The notes: a model not told the origin generated them from the sequence alone. Numbered from the stretch's first letter, positions 1 through 9,720 are shown. The stretch: 64,000 nt of DNA from Candidatus Heimdallarchaeota archaeon (GCA_016840095.1 JAEOSZ010000024.1:32001-96000), one strand, 5' to 3'. Made by a program: numbers and translations.

Positions 1-2
1 GA

Positions 3-119
3 AACCAACTTGGTTTGAGAGTATACATGGGTGCAGTAGACTCTCTTCAAGAAACTATCAACAGTTACAAAGAAGGCAGATTAGCTTTAGCCACAAAAGA
101 TGATGGATGCAAACATTAA
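3..119 (+). CDS. C-terminal fragment of NifB/NifX (FeMo-cofactor-binding-like) family protein, truncated by window start
   Basis: Manual translation NQLGLRVYMGAVDSLQETINSYKEGRLALATKDDGCKH*. Matches the typical NifX-family C-terminus and its usual position upstream of MinD-ferredoxin ATPase pairs. Confidence 0.65.
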   Translation, partial: NQLGLRVYMGAVDSLQETINSYKEGRLALATKDDGCKH

Positions 120-135
120 CTGAAGGAAACAGGAA

Positions 136-972
136 ATGGAAATAGCAATAGTTTCTGGAAAAGGAGGTACGGGAAAAACCTCTCTGGCAATTAGTTTAGC
201 TAGTATACTTGATGATGTTCAGCTTATTGATGCGGATGTTGATGAACCTAATTGTTCACTCTTTCTAGATTTGAAAATGAAACATAAAGCTGATGCTGAA
301 ATTCTTGTGCCTGAAATCAACTATGATAAATGCACCTTGTGTGGAATCTGTAGCAAAAATTGTGAATATAACGCTTTAATGAAAGTACCTGATCAGATTC
401 TCCTGTTTGAGAAGATGTGTCACGGATGTGGTTTATGTAGCAAAATCTGTCCTGAAAAGGCAATTCAGGAGATACCTCGAACTATAGGTAAAGTTCTTCA
501 AGGAGAGAATGAAAGTTTGCTCTTCAACTATGGAGTGATAAATGTAGGAGAGGAATTAAGTACTCCAGTTATAGCTCAATTAAAACAACACATCTCAAAA
601 ACCAAAGAGATAGTAATTATAGATTCTCCTCCTGGTTCTGCTTGTCCAATGGTAGAAACAGTAGCTGATGTGGACTATGTCATTGTAGTTGCAGAGCCTA
701 CACCCTTTGGATTATCAGATATGAAGATTGTTGTAAAGACCTTGAATATTCTGAAGAAAAAATTTGGTGTAATTATCAATAAAGATGGAATAGGAGATGA
801 AGAATTAGAGAATTTCTGTATCAATGAAAAGATTCCTATTCTTCTCAAGATTCCCTTTAGTTTGGAAATAGCTAGGAAATATTCAGAAGGATTACCTTTC
901 ATCAAAGTACTTCCTCAAATGAAAACAGATCTTGAAACTATGATGATCATAATACAGGAGAAGATCTTATGA
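136..972 (+). CDS. MinD-superfamily P-loop ATPase with inserted 2x[4Fe-4S] ferredoxin domain (COG1149 type)
   Basis: Deviant Walker A SGKGGTGKT, DADVDEPN, two CxxCxxCxxxC motifs, DSPPG. Confidence 0.9.
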   Translation: MEIAIVSGKGGTGKTSLAISLASILDDVQLIDADVDEPNCSLFLDLKMKHKADAEILVPEINYDKCTLCGICSKNCEYNALMKVPDQILLFEKMCHGCGLCSKICPEKAIQEIPRTIGKVLQGENESLLFNYGVINVGEELSTPVIAQLKQHISKTKEIVIIDSPPGSACPMVETVADVDYVIVVAEPTPFGLSDMKIVVKTLNILKKKFGVIINKDGIGDEELENFCINEKIPILLKIPFSLEIARKYSEGLPFIKVLPQMKTDLETMMIIIQEKIL

Positions 973-1874
973 GTTATAAGAATATCAAACAGATAACTGT
1001 CATATCTGGAAAAGGAGGAACAGGAAAGAGTTCCATTATTGCAGCTTTAGCAGCTTATCTAAAAAATGAAGCAATTCTTGCTGATGCAGATGTTGATGCA
1101 GCTGATCTCTATCTTATATTTGAACCTGAAGAAAGTGAAGAGTTTGATTTTTATGGATTAAGAAAAGCTGAAGTCAATAAAGAGTTGTGTATAGAGTGTG
1201 GAACATGCAGAGAAAATTGTAGATTCGAAGCTATATCTTCCAAATTAGAAGTCATACCCACAAGATGTGAAGGTTGTGCCACATGCTATCATCTCTGTCC
1301 AACTTCAGCAATAGAAATGTTGGACAATATATCTGGCAAGTATTTTGTATCTGATACTAGAATTGGAAAAATGATCCATGCTAAACTCCATCCAGGAGAA
1401 GAAAGCTCTGGATTGCTAGTTGCACAAGTAAGAAAAACAGCTAAAAAAGCTGCTGAAACTGAAAAAAAGGATTTAGTGCTAATAGATGGTTCTCCAGGAA
1501 TAGGTTGTCCAGTTATTAGTTCTTTGGTTGGAGTCGATATGGCTTTGGTTGTTACTGAACCAACCCTTTCAGGATATCACGATTTGGATAGAGTTTTACA
1601 GTTGTTAGAGCAATTTAAAATACCGGGGTATATTATTGTTAATAGATTTGATATTAACATAGAAATTACTCAAAAAATAGAAAAAGAATTTGCTAAGACT
1701 TTTCCTGTAATCTCAAAGATTCCTTATAATCCGATTTTTGTTCAAGCTATGTTAGAGAAAAAATCAGTTCTAGAAGTTGATCAAGAAGAGACAGAAATAA
1801 TAAATATCAAAGATCAGTTGATAGATATTGGAAATTTCATCATAGAAAAAATGGATTTGGAGAAACAGATATAA
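969..1874 (+). CDS. Second MinD-superfamily ATPase with 4Fe-4S insert (paralog of upstream gene)
   Basis: SGKGGTGKS, DADVDA, CIECGTCRENC, CEGCATCYHLCP, DGSPGIGCP; ATGA overlap with upstream gene. Confidence 0.9.
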   Translation: MSYKNIKQITVISGKGGTGKSSIIAALAAYLKNEAILADADVDAADLYLIFEPEESEEFDFYGLRKAEVNKELCIECGTCRENCRFEAISSKLEVIPTRCEGCATCYHLCPTSAIEMLDNISGKYFVSDTRIGKMIHAKLHPGEESSGLLVAQVRKTAKKAAETEKKDLVLIDGSPGIGCPVISSLVGVDMALVVTEPTLSGYHDLDRVLQLLEQFKIPGYIIVNRFDINIEITQKIEKEFAKTFPVISKIPYNPIFVQAMLEKKSVLEVDQEETEIINIKDQLIDIGNFIIEKMDLEKQI

Positions 1875-1897
1875 AGCTAAGTGATTTGGTACTGATT

Positions 1898-2728
1898 ATG
1901 AATCATACAGAAGACTACTTTGAAGGTGGAAAAGGATACAAAATCTTCTATCAATCATGGATTCCTGAAAATCCAAAAGGAATAATACAGATAATTCATG
2001 GGGGAGTTGAGCATGTTGGCAGATACAAACATCTAGTAAAATACCTAACAGAAAATAACTTTGCTGTTTATGGAAATGATCATCGAGGTCATGGAAAAAG
2101 TGAGGGAAGACGAAATCACATTATGAATCATGAAGAATTCGTTGATGATTGTTATAAACTATCAGAAATTATCAAAGGAAAATATAAAGATTTACCATTT
2201 TTTATTGTTGGACATTCAATGGGTTCTTTTATTGCTCAACGTTACGTGATAAAACATCCTAATAACATGAATGGATTAGTTCTGTCAGGTTCTGGAATCA
2301 GAATGCCACCATTGCCTAAAGCTCTCCAAGTTCTAGCTAGAATCATGTATAAAATATTCCCTATCTTTGTAGCAGCTTCTGGAATAAATCCAAATGATTT
2401 ATCAACAGATCCTGAATCAGTTGAAGATTATATTAATGATCCACTCATAAATTACCAAAAAGCAACTGCTGGTTATGGAATTTGCATGATTGATCATCCA
2501 AAATATGTTAAGGATAAACTAGGTTTATTCACCAAACCTGTTCTAATTCAAAAAGGAAGTCTAGATACAATGATAACAGGAATTGATGAACTTGTTAATG
2601 AATTCAAAGGAACCGAAGTAACTGTTAAAATTTATGAGAATTACATGCATGAAGTTTACACAGAAACTAAGGAGAAACGAGATCAAGCCTTCAGTGATTT
2701 AGTCCTCTGGTTGAATTCTCTTATCTAA
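1898..2728 (+). CDS. Alpha/beta hydrolase, lysophospholipase/monoacylglycerol lipase family
   Basis: HG oxyanion motif, DHRGHGKS, nucleophile elbow GHSMG, C-terminal HE; ATG at 1898 preferred over TTG at 1886. Confidence 0.9.
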   Translation: MNHTEDYFEGGKGYKIFYQSWIPENPKGIIQIIHGGVEHVGRYKHLVKYLTENNFAVYGNDHRGHGKSEGRRNHIMNHEEFVDDCYKLSEIIKGKYKDLPFFIVGHSMGSFIAQRYVIKHPNNMNGLVLSGSGIRMPPLPKALQVLARIMYKIFPIFVAASGINPNDLSTDPESVEDYINDPLINYQKATAGYGICMIDHPKYVKDKLGLFTKPVLIQKGSLDTMITGIDELVNEFKGTEVTVKIYENYMHEVYTETKEKRDQAFSDLVLWLNSLI

Positions 2729-2730
2729 CT

Positions 2731-3903
2731 TTATTCATCATCAGGACTCGAATATTCCTTTATTAGGAGTGCATCTCCTTGATGTATCTTTGCTTCATCT
2801 TTTGGAAAGAAGAAGTATTTTCCTTTTTTTCTTACTGCAAGAATCTGAAAGAAATCATCTGTTAACTCTGCTTCACGTACAGTCATCCCAATGTAGGGTG
2901 AATCTTTAGCTACGTGGATATAATCCAAAGCTTCAGAGGAATCATCTATAACATCTTCAAGAAGGGAGTAAGGTTTATGTCTTATTGTTACCCCAAAAGC
3001 AATTTTTGTTGCTGCATCAGCAATTTCTTCAAATGAATCAGCCATCCTTAAATATGCTATTAATGTCTTATTATCAATCATCTCTTGCTTGTAAAGACGC
3101 AAAACCTCTTCAATTAGCTCAAATTGGAGCTTGTCAATTTTTTCCTCAGTTTGAATAATCAGATTCTTTACCTTTGGTAAGTCTTCTAAAGCATAGAGGT
3201 AAGATAGGTCTACAATTAATTCTGCTGATTCTTTCATTGTTACTAATAAATCTTGATGGTAACTTAGTTCATCTCTAGGATGTTCTATATCTTCAGAAAT
3301 TATCCTCTCTCTTGCTTCTTCAACTGAACTTACTACCCCATTAGCCAAGTATATGAATTGGTTAACATTCTCTAATTGTCCTCTGAAGATGAGAAAATCA
3401 CCTGCAAGCATTACTTCATCGTAATCAAGTAACATTTCGTTATCTGATCGTATTATACCTATTACATCAATACCTATAAGATCATGTAAATTAGCTGTCA
3501 CTTCAGATTTTCCACATAAACATGATTTCTCATCTAATTTCACTAGATCTACAATTTGGTCCATATGATGTTGAATTTGTTTGAGTTCTTCTGAGATATC
3601 GTAGTCCATCAGTACTAAAGTAGCCATATCTGCTGCAGAATCTGAAATAAGATTATTAGCCTCTCCAATAATATAATAAATTCTTAAATGCTCAGCTTGA
3701 TTTAAACTCTTTATGGAAACAGATAATCGATCTAGTAAGTTCTGATATAAACCATCAATTTTCTCTTCCAGAACTAGTACTTGTTCCGCTACAAGTTTAT
3801 CAGAATAAAGTAACGATGCAAATGCTAAATCTACGCATATTTCAGCAAGCGTTTTAATTTCAATTAGAATATCCTTAACACTTATTGGTTCATGATCACT
3901 CAT
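2731..3903 (-). CDS. PhoU + TrkA-C (RCK-C) domain protein with the module duplicated in tandem
   Basis: Two repeats of helical PhoU-like segment (AE.CVDLAF / AE.IVDLSY; ISDSAAD / IADAATK), each followed by a TrkA-C-like segment (VIGIIR..GD / ILAVRK..GD). Confidence 0.75.
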   Translation of the reverse strand: MSDHEPISVKDILIEIKTLAEICVDLAFASLLYSDKLVAEQVLVLEEKIDGLYQNLLDRLSVSIKSLNQAEHLRIYYIIGEANNLISDSAADMATLVLMDYDISEELKQIQHHMDQIVDLVKLDEKSCLCGKSEVTANLHDLIGIDVIGIIRSDNEMLLDYDEVMLAGDFLIFRGQLENVNQFIYLANGVVSSVEEARERIISEDIEHPRDELSYHQDLLVTMKESAELIVDLSYLYALEDLPKVKNLIIQTEEKIDKLQFELIEEVLRLYKQEMIDNKTLIAYLRMADSFEEIADAATKIAFGVTIRHKPYSLLEDVIDDSSEALDYIHVAKDSPYIGMTVREAELTDDFFQILAVRKKGKYFFFPKDEAKIHQGDALLIKEYSSPDDE

Positions 3904-3997
3904 TGCTAGTCGAACACTCTTTCATAAAAATTATATCTGATAAGAATATCAATTTTTCGCTTTGAAAGTTAAGAAAAAAACTTTATAAGATACAAAT

Positions 3998-5365
3998 ATG
4001 TTTGAATTTGTGAATTCTGGAGACATTAAGAAGAAGTTTTTCTTTTTCGAGAAAAATGAATTACTCATTCTTTCAGGAATATTCTTTCTTGGTATGTCTA
4101 CTGCTATGTTTTCACCATATGCACCAATTTGGTTATCGAAAATTTTTGATGTTGAAAATCAATATTTTATTTTAGGATTTGCAGCGATAATTCCAAATTT
4201 CATTATTGTTATTGGAACTACTTTCTGGGGGATTATGAGTGATAAATTTGGAAATAAGAAATTTGTATTAATGGGATTTGTGGCAGCAGGTTTAATGTAT
4301 TTCACATTGATGTTCATAAATAATCCATACATCTTTCTGGTTGTGATGCTGATCGGATATATTTTCATTTCAGGTCAAACATCAAATATCTATTCATTTG
4401 CTACTCTTACTTCTTCTAAAAGAAAAGAAACGATATTAGGGGAAATAGCAGCAACATTCAGTTTAGCTTGGCTAATTGCTAGTCCAATTGCTGCAACAAT
4501 ACACGATAATGCTGCAACGTTCAGTTTAAACTGGTACACAAATTCTCAAATCAGTTCATTGGTTGCTATAAATTCTCAATCACCAACAAATGGTATTCTT
4601 AATTTTGCAATGAAGCTATCCAATGTTTTTTCAGAAGAAATTGCTAATAATCCCGCTCAGGGAGTTCAATTATTTATTGCTATTATTTGCTGTACAATTG
4701 CATCATTTATTATCATATTTACCAAAGATAAGAGATTAGAAGATAAACAAACAGAAGGGGATCAAAAAGTTAAATTGGGAAAGTTAACAACCTTCGTGCT
4801 CGTATTTTCTGTATTAATGGTAATTGCTTTCTTTCAAAATGCAACGTCAGGAGGTTTCTGGGCTTACGCTTCATTATATTTCATTGAGTATTTGAATGCT
4901 CCAGCGATTTATTTTAGCTATTTTCTAATAGCAACAACTACTGTAGGTTTTGTTTTATCGTTACTTTTAGGAAGAATTACCAAAATCCGTCGTACAACTA
5001 TAGCTGTTATTGTAATGACTTTTGTTGAATTCTTGATTTATCTTATTCTATTCCTATTTCCACATAACATAACACTTGGATTAATTGTATATAGTTTTCC
5101 AATGTATATTGTCTCTTCAATAGTCCTCACTAGTCTAGTAGGTTCTTTTTCTAATAAACTGAGAAGAGCTACAGCTTTTGGTATCTTTAATACACTTGGT
5201 TTTGCAGGTTCAATTTCGGCAACACTAATAATGGGTTATACAGCTGACAAAGCTGCAAAAGGTTTAGTAGCGATATTAGGATTTTCTCTTGGATTTTCAA
5301 TATTTGCTTTTGTTCTAGCGATTATTCTTGCTGTTATTATTGAAAAAAGGAAACATTTAGTCTGA
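3998..5365 (+). CDS. MFS transporter
   Basis: About 12 hydrophobic segments; motif A GIMSDKFGNK. Confidence 0.85.
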   Translation: MFEFVNSGDIKKKFFFFEKNELLILSGIFFLGMSTAMFSPYAPIWLSKIFDVENQYFILGFAAIIPNFIIVIGTTFWGIMSDKFGNKKFVLMGFVAAGLMYFTLMFINNPYIFLVVMLIGYIFISGQTSNIYSFATLTSSKRKETILGEIAATFSLAWLIASPIAATIHDNAATFSLNWYTNSQISSLVAINSQSPTNGILNFAMKLSNVFSEEIANNPAQGVQLFIAIICCTIASFIIIFTKDKRLEDKQTEGDQKVKLGKLTTFVLVFSVLMVIAFFQNATSGGFWAYASLYFIEYLNAPAIYFSYFLIATTTVGFVLSLLLGRITKIRRTTIAVIVMTFVEFLIYLILFLFPHNITLGLIVYSFPMYIVSSIVLTSLVGSFSNKLRRATAFGIFNTLGFAGSISATLIMGYTADKAAKGLVAILGFSLGFSIFAFVLAIILAVIIEKRKHLV

Positions 5366-5390
5366 AAAACTTAAAAATGTCGATAGGGAA

Positions 5391-5439
5391 TGGTCAATAG
5401 TGACCAGCAGCTTAAAAATGTGTGACCAATCAATAGTCA
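5391..5439. promoter_or_regulatory. Putative operator/promoter: perfect palindrome TGGTCA-N4-TGACCA (5391-5406), TATA-like TTAAAA (5412-5417), second imperfect site TGAC-N9-GTCA (5423-5439)
   Basis: Read directly from sequence; lies just upstream of GGTGA SD and the 5464 start. Confidence 0.55.
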
Positions 5440-5463
5440 TATACAAATGTTAAGGTGAAATAA

Positions 5464-5808
5464 ATGAACTTTGAAGAACTAGGGGAAAAACTAGGTGAAG
5501 AAATAGAGAAAAAAGTTAAGTCAAAAAGCAAATCAAAAAGCATAGAAAGTCCTGAAGAAATTAAGGAAGTGCTACAAGCTGTTTCTAGTGAAATTCCTTC
5601 TTTGATTAAGAATATATTCTCCGCAATATTCGATCCAGATATTGCAGCAAATTTTGGAAAAGGAATTGTTGCTTTGCATGAAGAACTTTCTAATCAAGGT
5701 TTGCCAGAAAGTATGATTAATGAAATTGTAATGAATTTCTCTAAATCTTTCAATATTTTAGGCAATGCAATGCGGTCTAATATCAATATCAATAAAGACG
5801 ACGATTAA
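5464..5808 (+). CDS. Hypothetical helical protein
   Basis: GGTGA SD; acidic, helical; GLPE motif. Confidence 0.75.
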   Translation: MNFEELGEKLGEEIEKKVKSKSKSKSIESPEEIKEVLQAVSSEIPSLIKNIFSAIFDPDIAANFGKGIVALHEELSNQGLPESMINEIVMNFSKSFNILGNAMRSNININKDDD

Positions 5809-5827
5809 TGGTAGAACTGGTGAGAAT

Positions 5828-6094
5828 ATGTCAGGTAAGTTTTACTCTATAGTGATGTCAATCAACTATGTAGCTTATCTAATATTAGTTCTCCCATTTC
5901 TTGTTCTTTATTATTTTATGACAAATCCTATACGAAGAAAAAATAATAAAAGAAAATTGAATAATATTCTCAAGAATGGGGGAATCCCAAGAGAACTGAG
6001 AAAAGAAGTTATTGGTCACTATACTGAATTTACAAAAATTATAAGTTTTAGCACTATTGCAAAGCAGAGAAAAAAGCCAAAAGAAGAAAACTAA
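5828..6094 (+). CDS. Small hypothetical membrane protein (1 TM, basic C-terminus)
   Basis: GGTGA at 5819 precedes ATG 5828; TM YVAYLILVLPFLVLYYF; GIPRE motif. Confidence 0.7.
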   Translation: MSGKFYSIVMSINYVAYLILVLPFLVLYYFMTNPIRRKNNKRKLNNILKNGGIPRELRKEVIGHYTEFTKIISFSTIAKQRKKPKEEN

Positions 6095-6109
6095 TAAGAG
6101 GTTTCAAAC

Positions 6110-6598
6110 ATGTCAGAAAATGATGAATCTCTCAAGAAAAGAATAGCAGATATAGAGGTGAAATTAGATTCTTATCACGAAAAATTAGATCATCTCATTC
6201 TCCAAAATAATAATTTGAAACATCAGTTATCTGATAGTGATCCAGAACTAAAACAAGTTGTTGAGATTCAAACTAAACTGCTAAATTCTCTTCTTAATGC
6301 AGCTAAAATGCCGAATTTTGTTTCCGAAGAATCTTCTATAGCTGATAAATATTTAGAGAAATTTCCCTATCTAAAATACGATTCTATCTCTAAAGCTATC
6401 ATTATTGCATTAGAGAGGAAAGAGAGATTAAACATATCACAATTAACTGAAGAAGTTAGAAAAGAAAGAGGTTCTGCTTCTAGAAGAATTGTTCGTGAGA
6501 GAGTTGACGTGCTTATCGAGAAAGGAATCATAGATGAAATTGATTCAGGTTATGGGAGACAACTTGAATTAATACATCCAGAAGAAGATAAAGAATAA
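6110..6598 (+). CDS. Coiled-coil + winged-HTH transcriptional regulator
   Basis: N-terminal heptad pattern; LNISQLTEEVRKERGSASRRIVRERVDVLIEKGII wHTH; GAGG SD. Confidence 0.7.
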   Translation: MSENDESLKKRIADIEVKLDSYHEKLDHLILQNNNLKHQLSDSDPELKQVVEIQTKLLNSLLNAAKMPNFVSEESSIADKYLEKFPYLKYDSISKAIIIALERKERLNISQLTEEVRKERGSASRRIVRERVDVLIEKGIIDEIDSGYGRQLELIHPEEDKE

Positions 6599-6601
6599 AA
6601 A

Positions 6602-7552
6602 TTACTTCCATACTTCTTTCATAACCCTCATGAAATTTTCTGACTTAATTTTATCTAAATCTTTATTGTCATATCCATTTTTTTCTAAAGACTCAACTAG
6701 AATAGGAAAATGACTCACATCTTTTATTATATCAGGTACAATTGCACCATCATAGTCAGAACCAAAACTGACATGGTTTATCCCAACTAGCTTTACAATA
6801 TAATCAATATGCTTTCTTATATCCTCTAGCTGAATCTGGTCTTTCTTCTTTTCGCTAGACAAAAACGATGCGCAAAAATTAATTCCTATAGTCCCGTTTG
6901 TTTCAGCGATGGCTTTTATCTGTTCATCCTTCAGATTTCTTGGATGATTACAAATAGAATATGCATTACTGTGTGAAGCTATTATTGGCTTATTTGTTTG
7001 TTCAATGACATCCCAGAAGGATCTTTCATTCAAATGACTAACATCAACTATAATCCCAATTTTGTTCAATTCATTTACTAGTTCTTTTCCAGTTTCTGTC
7101 AAACCTCTATCTTGATTGTAACTTTCTCCGGTTAGCATATTGAAGGTAACACCAGTAGCAAATCTGTTAAGGTTAGACCAGCTTAAACCAATGCTCCTAA
7201 GGCCTAATCTATAATAGTTTCTTAATGAGAGGAACTCACTATCTATCCCTCCAGAACCTTCGAAATGTAAAACAGCTCCAATTTTGTTTTCATTTTTACA
7301 CTTTTCTAAATCTTCTATTGATTTAACTTGTTTCAATTGATTTTCTTCTTGTTCAAGCAGAGAAAACCAATAGTCTACTCCTCTATAGATATCAAAGTCA
7401 CTCCGAGCAGGAAAAACTGCAAAGAAGGCAGCTATAACATTACCCTTTCTCAATCTTGGAAGATCCACATGACCTATCTCAGATTCTTCAGAAAATTTTC
7501 TCCTCTCTCTTGCTAAAGCCCAGATTACATCAGTGTGTCCATCAACAATCAT
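6602..7552 (-). CDS. Membrane dipeptidase (peptidase M19)
   Basis: DGHTD, DVSHL, ASHSN, HPRN, GSDYDG motifs. Confidence 0.92.
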   Translation of the reverse strand: MIVDGHTDVIWALARERRKFSEESEIGHVDLPRLRKGNVIAAFFAVFPARSDFDIYRGVDYWFSLLEQEENQLKQVKSIEDLEKCKNENKIGAVLHFEGSGGIDSEFLSLRNYYRLGLRSIGLSWSNLNRFATGVTFNMLTGESYNQDRGLTETGKELVNELNKIGIIVDVSHLNERSFWDVIEQTNKPIIASHSNAYSICNHPRNLKDEQIKAIAETNGTIGINFCASFLSSEKKKDQIQLEDIRKHIDYIVKLVGINHVSFGSDYDGAIVPDIIKDVSHFPILVESLEKNGYDNKDLDKIKSENFMRVMKEVWK

Positions 7553-7603
7553 ATTGTGATTAAATCAATATAGCAGATAAAAGTTTTTTCTCCAAAAGAA
7601 GGT

Positions 7604-8434
7604 TTAGATATATTTTAGTTTCTTTAAAACGAGAAGTACAGTTAAAGTTGTAGTTGCATCAAAATCTTCTCCATCTTCTGATTCCCATTTTCCATCAAGT
7701 GTTTGTCTAGTAATCAGTACATTAACTAATCGAGTAACAAAACTGTGGTTTTCCAATCCTGCATTGATGAAGCTTTCAATCATCCAGACCAATGAAGAAG
7801 AAGGATAATTATCTAGATTGAATGTTTGAAGCATTTCCAGTCCTCTTCGAGATATCGAATCATCTTCTCCTTTAATCGCAATAAAAGATGGAACAGCATT
7901 CCATAAAGCATGAGGATAGCTCTTCAATCCAGCATCATCTCTCCAATTCCTTGATAAATAGTCAATTCCTTTCAACAAGAAATCTCTGTAAGAATCATCA
8001 CCCATTCCTAATAAAAAGTTGATTACTATTGCTGTACAGTAAATCCTGTTAGGATCAGTCCCTGGAGTTTCCCATATTGAAGGTTCAAAATTCTTAATGC
8101 TTTGGGGTTCTTCAAAGAATCCATCTTCATGTTGATTCATCAAAAGAAAATTAACAACACTATATAGATAGTCCTTAATTTCTTCTTTCATATCTAAGAT
8201 AAGAAAATCTTTGAAAAAAGTTATAGATGGACCAATAGTACTAAGAGATCCTATTCTCATTCTAAAAGGGATACCTCCATCTGAGTTCTGAAGTTCAAGA
8301 TGTTCAAGTAAAAGATCCTGTGTGTCAGAATTTTCTCCAAGCATTAAAGCTAATTTTAGTAGATCTCCATCTTTCCCTTTGTTTCGAATAAACTCTATTG
8401 CTTTTGAAGAATCAATCTGTAGATCACTCATCAC
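7604..8434 (-). CDS. Prenyltransferase/squalene oxidase repeat (alpha-alpha toroid) protein
   Basis: QNSDGG, QHEDGFF, QTLDGKW QW-like repeats. Confidence 0.7.
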   Translation of the reverse strand: MMSDLQIDSSKAIEFIRNKGKDGDLLKLALMLGENSDTQDLLLEHLELQNSDGGIPFRMRIGSLSTIGPSITFFKDFLILDMKEEIKDYLYSVVNFLLMNQHEDGFFEEPQSIKNFEPSIWETPGTDPNRIYCTAIVINFLLGMGDDSYRDFLLKGIDYLSRNWRDDAGLKSYPHALWNAVPSFIAIKGEDDSISRRGLEMLQTFNLDNYPSSSLVWMIESFINAGLENHSFVTRLVNVLITRQTLDGKWESEDGEDFDATTTLTVLLVLKKLKYI

Positions 8435-8473
8435 TAGTTAATAGATAAACTGATACTTAAACCTAATGAGAAA

Positions 8474-9211
8474 TCATCTTTCTTCTTTTATTTTTAATTT
8501 TTTAATCATTTTATCTGCAGCTGCACGTTTAGCTGATTTCCTATTTGACCCTTTTCCTGAACTTAAATACTCTTTATCTCCAATTTTTGCTTTACATTGC
8601 ATTAGGAATTTTGGTTCATGGTCTTCACCTTCTCTTGCTATGAGAGAGTACTCTGGAAGAGCTAATCCCTCTTTTTGGAAAAATTCTTGGAGTTGATTAA
8701 TTGGGTTAAGTTCACAAACTGTTAGTTTTAGTATTCTTTCTCTTCCTTTTTCATCATTGATTTCATTCTTGAAATGTTTTAATCTTTGGAGGAAGAGTTC
8801 GTAGAAGAAATCTCTTGTAATATCAACACCTTTTGAAAGATAAAATGCACCAAAAATAGCTTCTAAACTATCTTCAAGATCTGTTTCAACTATTCTATAA
8901 TTTGGTTCAGTTCTAAGTTTTTTAGCAATTCCCAATTCTTTCCCTACTTCAGCCAAAGTATTTGTTCTAACTAATAGAGAACGGAGTTGTGAAAGAATTC
9001 CTACATCTTCATCAGTTTCATTATAGAGCCATTCAGCAGTTAAAGTATCAAGTATAGAATCACCTAGAAATTCCAGTCTTTCGAAGTTCTTAACAGGTTC
9101 AGGCTGTTGATGATAATTGGGATGAGTCAAAGCTTCCAATAAAAGAGCTGTATCTATATTCCAATCTAGAATTTTGCTATTTTCTAAATCTATTTTCTTA
9201 GATTTATTCAT
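8474..9211 (-). CDS. rnc: Ribonuclease III (catalytic domain + dsRBD)
   Basis: ALTH, signature FERLEFLGD, DSLEAIFGA, dsRBD ending GKGSNRKSAKRAAA. Confidence 0.93.
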   Translation of the reverse strand: MNKSKKIDLENSKILDWNIDTALLLEALTHPNYHQQPEPVKNFERLEFLGDSILDTLTAEWLYNETDEDVGILSQLRSLLVRTNTLAEVGKELGIAKKLRTEPNYRIVETDLEDSLEAIFGAFYLSKGVDITRDFFYELFLQRLKHFKNEINDEKGRERILKLTVCELNPINQLQEFFQKEGLALPEYSLIAREGEDHEPKFLMQCKAKIGDKEYLSSGKGSNRKSAKRAAADKMIKKLKIKEER

Positions 9212-9261
9212 TAAGATTCATAAATAATAGAGTTTTTAAATTCACTCCTTCGTTTATAAAT

Positions 9262-9720
9262 ATGGATTTTGCAAATCCCATAGATGAGTTAGAGTGGATC
9301 TATGGTTTATGGAAGGGTACTCTTCTGTCAGGTAAAGATGAATTTGAGTCTTATCTTACATGCAGGAGGATTGGTTCGGACATTATTGAACTTGCTCAAG
9401 TAAAGATTTTTGAAAATAAAGAAGAATTGATTTCCAGAAACTTTTTGTTTTTTGACAAAACAAAAGAACAAATAAAGTTTATTAGTTTCAACTCAGAAGG
9501 TTATATAGAAACCTCAAATATGATTCTGAATTCAAGGAATAAATATGCACATCTTAAAGGTAAATTTGAATCAGGATATAACTTACCTCCTAATATGAAT
9601 ATTATCAAGGAAATAAACTATACGCAAAACCCAAAACAGATTGAGTTCTTTATAAAAATGGGTTTAAATGAAGAAATAGTTGCTCATGGGACATACAACT
9701 TCTCAAAAAAACTACGTTAA
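9262..9720 (+). CDS. Hypothetical protein, possible lipocalin/nitrobindin-like beta barrel
   Basis: LEWIYGLWKG resembles the GxW N-terminal motif; alternating beta pattern; function uncertain. Confidence 0.45.
   Translation: MDFANPIDELEWIYGLWKGTLLSGKDEFESYLTCRRIGSDIIELAQVKIFENKEELISRNFLFFDKTKEQIKFISFNSEGYIETSNMILNSRNKYAHLKGKFESGYNLPPNMNIIKEINYTQNPKQIEFFIKMGLNEEIVAHGTYNFSKKLR

Noticed and set aside
1-1874. Nitrogen fixation cluster suggested by NifX-like and P-loop Fe-S genes
   Set aside because: The ATPases are MinD/COG1149 type rather than NifH, and no nifDK is present; this trio is common in non-diazotrophs
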